A stretch of DNA of 64,000 nucleotides from NCBI GenBank assembly GCA_964016885.1, contig OZ024743.1, positions 249,426,001-249,490,000 of the forward strand, written 5' to 3'. This DNA is from Eledone cirrhosa (taxonomy: Eukaryota). The position numbers and the translations under genes were made by a program. Every line of letters begins with the position of its first letter. Within the stretch, counting starts at the first letter, position 1. Below the pieces are notes generated by a model. It made no database searches. It was given only the letters and a program-made list of their open reading frames with translations, and was not told the DNA's origin. This document shows positions 26,191 through 36,274 of the stretch, piece after piece.

Positions 26191-26679
26191 GCAAATCAAA
26201 CATTTTAAGAATCCCTCATGGTCTTTCTAAGTGTAGTTACAGTCCACAGAGTAGTGAATCGACATTTGTCATGTGTCATTAGTCATGTGAGAGGGTATAC
26301 TGAAAAGCAATGGATCGGAAGGTGGTGGAAAGGATGTGGTGGGAAGCAGTATTAAGTTTCAATGGACAACACATTGGGGAAATTTCAATGTACAGCATAT
26401 TTAAAGGTAAAGTGAAGGAAAAGAAGCATTTAGGAAATAACCTTTTAGCTTAACTTATTCGTTTCCCATATAAAAACCATCGTCTGTCTCTCCAAATAAC
26501 AATAAACAATACTAGTTTATGACTAATATTACAAGGCAGAATTTAGCACAATATTTAGTGAAGGCTCTTTACATTTTGAGTTCAAATCCTGCCAATATTA
26601 ACTTTCCAGGATCAATAAAATAGTGTACTAGTAAAAAGAAAACTTAAAACTAAAAATAAAATAATAAGTAAAATGAACC

Positions 26680-27140
26680 TTTGGCAGATTGGAATGGGAG
26701 GATGGGTGAGTGGTGACCCTGGATAGAGAGTGTGTGTGTGTGGGTGACTGTTAGGATTTAAAGAGGGGGTGGAGGTGATACTGAATAGAGTACAGGTGTG
26801 AGTGGGATGAAAGGATGGGGATGCAGTGATAGTGGGGATAGCTTCTAAGGAGTGATAGTTGGATGGGCTAGGTCTGATCAAGTTTTAAGCTAGTAGCTGG
26901 ATCTTCAGCACAGCATAGTGCCAACTTTCATGGTCCTCTGTCATCACTGTTGTGAGGTTCAGCTTCTTATGGTTTGCCCTCACTACCACATCCCAAGCCT
27001 TCCTGGGTCTGCTTCTTCCATGAGTTCCATCCACTGAGATTTCTCTGCATCTCTTTAGACAGCTATCATCTTCTATATGCATCACATGTTTATACCAGTG
27101 CACTCTTCTCTCTTGCACACAACATCCAATTCCTATCATT
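26680..27140 (-). mobile_element. RTE LINE 3' fragment
   Basis: CCVQERRVHWYKHVM..DSC..RPRKAWD. Confidence 0.8.
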
Positions 27141-27780
27141 GCTTAGTTAGTGCCCATGACACTTATTTTTTTCAGTGTCTCAAAAGGGATATTTTCAAAA
27201 AGGAGACCTTGTTCAAACACTTGCAATAGAGTTCACTCTGTTAAAGGCACCAAAGTCTCTAACAGTGGTGTTAAACAGGCAATCGATTAAGTCTACCATG
27301 CAAAGAGTATAAAAAAAACATTATAAGGTTGGTAGTATAAGAAATATATGAGTGACTTTGTGTTGTAATGGGGTAGTGCTGGTGTCATGCTAAAATACAC
27401 CCAACCCATGGTTTCAGAATAAAATGCACCCAGTGCACACTGTAAAGTAGTAGTGTTTGTGCCATGATAAAAAATCACCCAGTCCACCCTGTAATGTGGT
27501 AGTGGTAGTGTCACAATACAATACTCCCAGTACATGCTGTAACATGGTTGGCGAAGGGCATCCAACCGTAGAGACCAATCCCAAAACAGAATGAAGAAGA
27601 TGTGGTCACCTGAGCAGTCTTAACATCAGAACATGACAACTCAATTAACCCAGAGAACCTATGTAAATAGATATCAAACAGTGATGATGATGATGATGAT
27701 GATGATAATGATGGTGGTGATGGTGGTGTTGGTGGTGATGATGCTAATAATGATGATTGTGGTGGTGATGACGTACTTAC

Positions 27781-27961
27781 TTGTAAATATTGATGAAACT
27801 TTTTGGTAGAATGCAGATAAAATATGAGCCATCGAGTGTAGATAAGCAAGTCATCCACATGTAACAACATCATAGCCTTCTTTGGTTTCCCAAGAGCTTG
27901 TTTGGCAACAGATAAACGTTGAGCCCGCATTACACAATCATAGTATTCATGCATTATATTT
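27781..27961 (-). CDS. CCDC162: CCDC162-like coding exon 5 (NIMHEYYDCVMRAQRLSVAKQ...DDLLIYTRWLIFYLHSTKKFHQYLQ)
   Basis: ttttcag acceptor, gtaagt donor, phase 2 to 0. Strong resemblance to the recalled family motif EY.D.V.RA.RLS.A...DL.IY..WL...LHS. Confidence 0.85.
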
Positions 27962-28141
27962 CTGAAAATAATAGCAAATTTCTGATGTAATGGAAATTAA
28001 ATAATTCTCTAGAAAATTCAACTAATATGCCAAAACCGCTTGGTTGCATGACAGATAAATAAATTAAAGAAAAGTTAGACAATAGGTAAAAACATGGCTG
28101 TAGAAACGGAGGTGGGTGGTACAAGTATGGAGGGGAATTAA

Positions 28142-28543
28142 CCCTTTCATAACCATATTTCTAATGAAAGGAACCACCAATATTTAAAAAAACAATTTGT
28201 GAAATAAAAAAAATTTAAGGATTCAGTAATATAACTAACCTCATTAATCTGATATTTGGAACATTACTTAATAAAAGATTCATACATAAAATTATGATTA
28301 AAGTTTTAATTTAAATATGAACCCTTAAAACCTTTTGATACCAAACCACCTGAAATCAGCCCTGGTTTTATGATACAAAACTAATAATTTTTATGTATGA
28401 ATGTTTGTTAAATAATGTTGTAAACACCAGCTTGATAATGAAAAAGTAAATTATTTTGCCATGTCTTTCCAAATTTTTTATTATTTCTAAAATAATTTGA
28501 AAATCATACAGTGTTTTTCATTGAAAATATGGTAATAAAAGGG
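28142..28543. mobile_element. piggyBac-like MITE (TTAA TSD, CCCTTT...AAAGGG ends)
   Basis: ttaa|ccctttcataaccatattt ... aaatatggtaataaaaggg|ttaa. Related ends at ~2107-2330, 19580 and 34010-34730. Confidence 0.65.
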
Positions 28544-29254
28544 TTAAAATGAGGACAGTTTCAGGTGGATTGGTATTAAAAGGTGAGGGAGGGATACCAA
28601 AGGGCTCTTGCTACACCATTGTCTTACTGCTATAGATCTTCACTTCTCTCTATAGAACACTTGTACATTTTATTTATATTCAATTGTATGTATTTAATAA
28701 GAGAAAGAGAGAAAAGTAAAAGAAAAAAGGGGGAAGAAAGAATAAATTTTAAAAGAGGAGGGAGGGAAACTTGACACGCTTGGCTGGGTGGTATATCTCA
28801 GCTGTGCCCCATGGACAAGATGGCAAAATCATTGCCACAGAAAACAGCCAGTGATACCTGCTGCATCAGCCCTTCCACTTCATGAGGCTCCTTTCTTAAG
28901 TATAATGCTCTCCTCCAAATTAGGCAGGGAAAATGGCAATCTGGAAACTGGGGACACAGGAGGTCTTGATGGTGACTGGCACAAAAATGAAGCATTCAGT
29001 CAATGCCTGGTATTTAGTCATCTTCTGTGGTAGTCCAGGGTCCAAGGATACTGGGAGTCTTGAAGACAACTGGCACAAAAAGGAAATGGTTAGTCAATGC
29101 CTTGTATTAAGTTATCTTCATCTCCTGTATGTTGGGTTTGTGGCCACATCTTTGAGGTTGACACCAGAGAAAGTGTCACAATATATGGTGTCCCAGATGA
29201 TATCTACTATATAAAGGGGTGAGGGGAAGAAAAGTTAAATAACATGAAGCTTAC

Positions 29255-29379
29255 TTCATCCTTTTCTTGTAATGAGGATAACAATTTTCAATATCTTTAG
29301 TGCACTGACAGAAACGCTTCCATCGTAGTAAATGATAGTGCTTAGATTGTACTAGTTGATAGATACGGTCTGTGAAATG
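29255..29379 (-). CDS. CCDC162: CCDC162-like coding exon 4 (HFTDRIYQLVQSKHYHLLRWKRFCQCTKDIENCYPHYKKRM)
   Basis: ttatag acceptor, gtaagc donor, phase 0 to 2. LRWKRFC motif recalled from DUF4549 proteins. Confidence 0.85.
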
Positions 29380-31406
29380 CTATAATTCCAGTAGATTAAA
29401 GAAATGAAGAAATAAAAATTAATTCAATTATAATAAAATTAGTGCAAAAATTGTAACAAAGAGTCGTGTGGTCAGTGATGGTGCCTAGGTATTTAGTATG
29501 CTAGGCTAGACCTACAATGAAGATTCATCAGGACATAGTGTGTGACGAGGCTAGCTTTTTGAATTACAGATACACTTCTTGACAAGCTTCCAAACAGCTT
29601 CCATCAACCCAATTTCATTCAAGGCTATGGTAAATCACACTTGAATTCAGGACCTTATGAACACAAAGCAAACTTTTTAAACATTCAGCCATGCTGCATA
29701 CATAGTGTCAATATCAAAGTTGACACCTGGGATTCTAGTGCCCTACAATGTGCCCTCTTCCAAATAAAATAATTTTAACTTGCAAATTGACAAGCTGAAA
29801 AACCTAGTTTTCACACTTCTTGCTTTGACCACACTAAGAAAATTACTAAGCCTGTAGTTTCTGCTACACAGCCCCCACTCATCCACAGTAAACCCTGCAA
29901 CCCTCTCTACCTCTTTCAATATTGCCCCAAGGTTACTACAGGGCGATGATGTTTATTATTTATTTACTAATCACAAGAAATTCTTATATATTTAATATAA
30001 TTATACAAATATGTATAAAACTGTGATCCTTTAAAGTTCAGTAATGCACCCTTCTGAGTTCTTCCTAGTTGGCCTAATGTTGTGTCAAGTTAAATTAAAG
30101 ATGTAGATGATGCTTGAATATATTACATGATCTCAACTGACACAACTATTGGTATAAATTCATGTGATGAGCTCATTTTAGTTATTCCCCTTATCTAATT
30201 TTACTTTTTTATATTATGCAAATTATATTGGTAAAAAGTTATTCTGAACTCTTTTTCTCTAAGTAAAAAATTTTATTGACTTATCTGAACAGTCTAAATT
30301 TGAAAAAATAATTTTGAAGAATATAATTTACCTTGGCAAGCAACAAGTAGCTTGTCTACCCCAACTCCCTCATCCTACACTCTCACTCCCATCACAGCCT
30401 GGTCAAGGAGTGGTCTACAGTTGTAAAGTGGTAGTGCTGGAGCCACAATAAAATGCACCTAGTACACACTGTAAAATGGTTCACATTAAGAAGAGTAACC
30501 ATCCATAGAAACCATTTAAAAATGGAACATATGAGCAAAATATGGTCATCTCACATCCCATCTAATCTATGCAAGCATGGAAAATAGATTTAAAACAGTG
30601 ATGAAGATGATGGTGATAATTTACTATTTTTATTAAATAGGAGGAAAATAACTTGTTTTAAAATTATAGTAACTTCATCATCATCATCATTTTATGTCAA
30701 CTGATATGGGCTGTGTGGATTAACATGATCTGACATTAGATGGATTGAGGAACCACATCTCACTCAAACATTCCATTCTTGTAATGGTTTTTATGGCTAG
30801 ATGCTGCTCCTAATGCCATCCACTTTACAGGGTGTGCAGGGTGCATTTTATCATGGTAACAGTGTCAGGGAGATTATGTTCTCAGCACATCTCAGTTCTC
30901 TACTGTCTGTCTAATCATTAATCAATTTACAGTGTAGTGGGTGCATTTTATCATAGTACCAACACATCCAAAATTAAATTTGCTGAATATGATTTACAAT
31001 TTTCATTAAATAGAATTTTCTTCTGCTTTTTTTTTTACAATTAACATCATCATTATTTTAAGTCTGCTTTTTTCTTGCTTGCATGGGTTGGATTGGTTTT
31101 TTCTAACAGAGCTTCCCCCCACTTCTTGTGTTCCTTCATCACCTCTGTGAGGTTCAGCATATTAAAATGAAAAAATGTTCTAAATATAATTTACAATTTT
31201 TGTTAAATAGAAGAAAATTATGATATTTTTAACTATTATATTAACACATATTTATCTCACAAATCAACATATCTAATAAAACATGACATTTTAAATGAAA
31301 TTGTACCAATGCAAATGACTATAATAATAGTCATTTGCATTAGAATGATTACATTTCAAATTTTTCCAATGCTTCCTAAGTCAAATATTCACTAAAATAT
31401 ATTTAC

Positions 31407-31517
31407 TTGATGAATGAGAAGAGCTAGACTGTCTGAAGTGTATTCAAACTTTTCAGCATTGTTCATATCTTCTTTCAGCACATCAGCAATGTTAACCAGG
31501 TTTTGAGCAGAGCTAAC
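31407..31517 (-). CDS. CCDC162: CCDC162-like coding exon 3 (VSSAQNLVNIADVLKEDMNNAEKFEYTSDSLALLIHQ)
   Basis: tctctttag acceptor, gtaaat donor, phase 0 to 0. EYT..SL.LL.HQ motif. Confidence 0.85.
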
Positions 31518-31930
31518 CTAAAGAGAAAACATAATAATTTAAGTTCAGTCAGAGAATTTAACAGGAATGGTAATTATATTCTGGGCTCTATTTGGTGGTA
31601 AATGACTTTCATCTTCATCATCATCAGGGTTGTCACCGTCTAAGAGTAGATGAGATATGGTCAGAGAACTACATCACTTTTATTTCATATTTTAGCATGG
31701 TTTCTATGGCTGGATACCCTTCCTACACCAAGTACTGGTGCATTTTATCATTGCAACAAGTCTACCACTTTACAGAGTGTACTAGGTGCTTTTATCATGG
31801 CACCACAATGACCATTACACGGAGACACATTTTCTATTCCAAAAAAGGAATTTTGTATAATATTAATTTCCTATATTTTTCAAATGTCCTTTAACAAACC
31901 TTAATATTTTCTTTGTAGACCTCTGTTCTA

Positions 31931-33373
31931 TCTATATACATAAAATTCTTTGTCTCTGTCTGCCTTTTCCATATGCATTCTCAAATGGCTCGACCAAATC
32001 AAATCAAATTATACAAGGTAATAGTATTAGACCCCAGGATTAACAACATGCAATTACTATTTTCATTTGGACTAAAGCAATATAACATTTTATCTAAAAT
32101 AACCCACTATAGTCAATGGACATTTTATAACACTATGACGACAATGACGTCACATTTTGTATGAGTGTGTATGTGTCTGTGAGTGTGTTTGCGTGTTCAT
32201 TATGTACTTTAGGCCTTAGTAAGTTGCATACACATTATCTTCATGTAAATATTTAATCCGATACACAGAGAATTAAACACACACACATCTACATATACAT
32301 ATGTAATGACTGAAAAGTATATGTGTGTGAGTGATGACTGACAGAATGAACACACACACATCTAAAGGCAGAGAGATACAGAGGAAGAGGCAGAGAGAGA
32401 AAAAGAGAGGCTGTTATACAGAGAGAGATACAATTAAAGTGTTAGATATTCAGAGAGAGAAAGTGACGTCCCACAAAAGTCTAGAATTGGATTAAACTAT
32501 AGATCAAATTATCAATTGCATGTTTAACAATATTGCATTAGCTTTTATAAAGTTTTACACCAGTCTTTGATTTTGAAGAACAGAAAAAATTGATACTATT
32601 TGAAATTAATCTATGGTGTATATTAATTTAACTTTTTGAGGATAGTGTCATGTTATTATTGACCTAATTCAGAATATGAGATGGGAAACAGAAAGGTTAA
32701 GACAACAAGAAAGATGATCGCAACTTTCTGTAAGTGTACAGAACCCGAAACAGGAAACATAGATTAAGGCAAGAAGAAAAACTATTGCAATAAACAGAGG
32801 TTCAATATGAAAATCACCAAGAGGCAATGACAGTTGTGATGCAAACTCAATGAGCACAAACTACTCTTCAAGGCAGAATAAACTGGCTAAGAGCTGCATT
32901 TTCATATGATCCATCGAAGGATTATAGAAATGATCCTGAAGTCGTGATTGGTAGCATGGATATTATACTTGGCATGTGTTGCTTAGGAGGAAAGGTCAGA
33001 CTTCCACTGATAGAGGACCTTCCAGCTCTTATCCATATCCTGCTTACAGACCATACTAACGAAGCTAAACACTTCAGAAGCAATGTTATGCGGTATGTTG
33101 CTGCATTTTAGATGACGTCTTTTGGATCTGAAAAAGATCATACTGACTATGGTTATTTCACATTTAAAATCCAAGGCCAATGTTACTATTTAATCGGCAG
33201 TTTACTCCTTCAACCTAATAAGGAAGTTTGATGATTGTTTTCTCTCTCTCTCACACACACATTATGGTCTCACCTCATACTGTAAAACAGACAACACTTC
33301 CAATACAGTCGTTTTCTCTTTTATCCGTCTTCTCTTAACTGTTCTCCCGGGCGAAGCTAGGTACCTCAGCTAG
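31931..33373 (+). mobile_element. Non-autonomous Helitron with both termini and a Rep/Hel N-terminal remnant
   Basis: 5' A|TCTATATACATAAAATTC; 3' cccgggcgaagctagg hairpin remnant then CTAG|T. Internal AFSYDPSKDY..V.IGSM, CCLGGKVRLP, MTSFG, TFKIQGQ.Y..IGSLL. Confidence 0.88.
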
Positions 33374-33699
33374 TTATTTATAAAACTGTGAGGTATAATA
33401 CTCTTTAGCTTCCCGTAGCCATTATTGGCTGTAGAATTTTCATCCTTTTCCCTCGTAGATTATTTTTGCCATCACCTTAATATTTATTTTGTAGATTGTT
33501 TTATCTAGCAGCGCCTGGGTGAGACAAATTTTCTATTCCAAAAAAGGAGCTTTGTATAATATTAATCATTTTATTTAGCAGTGCTTGGGTGAGACAAATT
33601 TTCTATTCCAAAAAAGGAACTTTGTATAATATTAGCTCCCTATATTTTAAAAATAAAAGTTGATTGAACAATCAATGGAGTGAAAGACCAAATTATTAC

Positions 33700-33772
33700 C
33701 TGCAAAGTGCGTTCAATCACTCTCTTTCTTTCAATGCGGTAGTAAGCAAGATTTCGTGGAAGTGGCACAGAA
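33700..33772 (-). CDS. CCDC162: CCDC162-like coding exon 2 (SVPLPRNLAYYRIERKRVIERTLQ)
   Basis: ttgcag acceptor, gtaata donor, phase 2 to 0. Confidence 0.82.
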
Positions 33773-33838
33773 CTGCAATAGTAAATACCAAATGGATACA
33801 TTCAATCATTTATCATTTCAGTAAATCAATGATAATTA

Positions 33839-34006
33839 CCGTATTTCCTGGCATTGAAGACGCTACTTTTTTCCTAAAATAAGTCTAAAAAATCTACCAT
33901 GCGTCCTGGAGGCCGAAGGTTGTTTATTATTTTTTTTCAAATTTTTGGTTGTCAAAATTAGGGTGTGTCCTTGAGGGCGAAGCGTCTTCGGCACTGGGAA
34001 ATACGG
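33839..34006. mobile_element. Tc1/mariner (pogo-like) MITE
   Basis: TA|CCGTATTTCC...GAAGACGC and GCGTCTTC...GGAAATACGG|TA: ~25-bp imperfect TIRs with TA duplication. Confidence 0.8.
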
Positions 34007-34119
34007 TAAGCCCTTTGGTACTAAAACTCACAAAACAACCCTTGGTTCTATGATTTAGAATGAGTAGTTATAAAATGTTTATGTTTAAATTAAAACCTTC
34101 AATCAGAAATTTTGATAAT

Positions 34120-34325
34120 GATTTCTAATTTTGGCACAAGCCCAGCAATTTACAAGGAGAGGATAGTCGAATATATTGACCCCAGTATATGACTAGTACT
34201 TTATTAACTCTTGAACAACGAAAAGCAAACTTGACCTTAGAGGGATTTGAACTCAAAACATAAAAACATAAGAAAAATCCCATACAGCATTTTACCCGAT
34301 GTTTGAATGATTCTGTCAATTCAAT
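34120..34325 (-). mobile_element. tRNA-derived SINE (older, degraded)
   Basis: ggcacaag...tagtactttatt...ggatttgaactc, same body as the other SINE copies. Confidence 0.75.
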
Positions 34326-35310
34326 CAAAATGTTAGTTATTTAACACAATCCTTCCAAATTTTCAAAATTGACTGAAATGTATAGACAATACATTTTGTT
34401 AGAAATATAGCCATGACAGTATTAATGATTGTTCTACTCTATAGCATATTCAGTTTATATACAATAAAACCGATTGCACTACCAAGCCTCATTGTATTAA
34501 CAGCTGTATCATTGGTAAATCTAGAACTAGAGTCTCTGAGAAAAAAATCCATAGGGCAGACCACAACTGTTTTTGAACCCTGAGTAATGGGAAGGAGCTC
34601 CACTCATAATTCAAGGGGGTTGTAATGTATTTGGGGGGGGGGGGGTCAATTTAAACAAGAACTCTTTAGGATGGATAGTTTTGTTTCATAGAACCAGAGC
34701 TCTTTTGAGTTAGTATCAAAAGGGTTTAGTGTAGTATTTATTCTACTGATTTCTACCCATATAATAACCAAGCTATGAGACATAAATGCAACTTGCTAGC
34801 TAGTGTGCCTTTACTAACAATAGAGAAAGTTCACATATTTTTAAAATATAAAATGTTACTTTTCAATTTGTCCCAAAATACAAAGTATAAGAAGATTCTG
34901 TCACAGAAGGTAGAAGCAAAGCCACATTAACCCTTTGTTGGGTCCCTATACTTTCAGGTATCTCAGGTCCCCTCTGGCACTTTAGTTTTTCACCTATTAC
35001 AGCCAAAAAATTGAGAGGCCCCTAGGCTTCAACGTGTCAGCCTTATAAATAATATAGCCATGGGTAGAAGAAGACACAGTAATGAGAGAATGAAATAAGT
35101 AATGTAAATGTCCCTTAACTCTTAATGGAGTTATAGGGGTGCCATCCTGATAAGACATTTTAAACATGGTGAAACAGCCAATAAAGAGAAATACCAACCC
35201 CAGTACAGGACACTGACTATATTTATCAACCTCAGAGTACAGTGAGCCAGAACAAATACTAAAGGTTATAAGTAGTCATAGAAATAAATAGATAAGACTC
35301 AAATACCAAC

Positions 35311-35453
35311 CTAGTTGTTCTGGTTCTTTCAGACTGCAATAGTTGATGGTCTTGCAATTCCTCTCTCAATTCTAACAGGCTGGCTTGTAGCTGACTCTCC
35401 AGTGCACATACAGTCTCACTACCAGGAATACGGTAGTGGTTAGCCAAATTCAT
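35311..35453 (-). CDS. CCDC162: CCDC162-like coding exon 1 (MNLANHYRIPGSETVCALESQLQASLLELREELQDHQLLQSERTRTT)
   Basis: ATG at 35453, gttggt donor in phase 2 matching the next exon. Coiled-coil N-terminus. Possible acceptor at 35487-35488, so a 5' UTR exon may lie upstream. Confidence 0.78.
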
Positions 35454-35859
35454 GATGACAGAGTACAATGAATTATAAGAGTAAATCTATAATACGAAGT
35501 AGAGATAACAAGAGGCATTAAATAAAAGGCACATAACCAGTGTTACTTATCTTGAATATTTCATTTACAATCAACAGATCTGTGCGTGTGTATATATATA
35601 AATGAATGAAAAATGGCGTGCTGTGTTGTTTCAAATGTGATATACAAATTAAAATGAAGCATTAGAAATAGAAGCCAGGAAAATCCATCATCAATGGTCT
35701 ACTAGCCATCATAGGTATTTCTTCGCATTAAAGACCAGATACCTCAGGCTAGCGCGAACAATAACTAAAATAAGTTATTGGGATAAAAAGAATTGGGTGG
35801 AGAAAGAGACAGGTAAACAAACACGAATGGTGAGGCAACGTGTGTATATATACATATAA

Positions 35860-36070
35860 AAAATAAGTAAGTCAAACATGTTAAATTTGACTTCATTTAT
35901 TATAAATTCTCTGCTATATAAGAACAGTTAAACAATGTTTACCTGTTCTTTCTACATTAATTCGTACTGTCTGAAGAGGTCACAGCTAATAATAGCCGCC
36001 ACTGAAATATATATAGCAGAGAATTTATAATAAATGAAGCCAAATTTAACATGTTTGACTTACTTATTTT
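35860..36070. mobile_element. Fold-back element with 61-bp inverted arms enclosing a hammerhead (PLE-like end structure)
   Basis: 35860-35920 vs 36010-36070 are reverse complements with 1 mismatch; internal hairpin at 35921-35949. Confidence 0.75.
35967..36019 (+). ncRNA. Minimal type I hammerhead ribozyme motif
   Basis: ctgt-CTGAAGA-ggt(..gcta ataa tagc..)act-GAAA-tatata-TA-gcag. Stem I ctgt/gcag, stem II ggt/act, palindromic stem III, AUA triplet. Confidence 0.65.
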
Positions 36071-36274
36071 ACATTACTCCAGAGTAAACAAATCAACCTG
36101 CGTACTTCGTCAAGCGCTCCAACCTGCATAATGAGGTGTCGGTAAACAACCAACACATACTCGAAATATATATATATATGTATATATACATATATACCAC
36201 CCACCCGCCCCACCTCCACCACATTTGGTATACATGCCTGACACTGTATGCTAACCACTCCCTCGTGAATATAT

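Noticed and set aside
28770-29215. Small ORF cluster with ~95-bp internal direct repeats
   Set aside because: No recognisable protein motifs or defined termini; probably an unclassified repeat, not supportable as a gene.
29480-29540. Minus-strand CTGATGA followed by a hairpin
   Set aside because: The GAAA box is missing.
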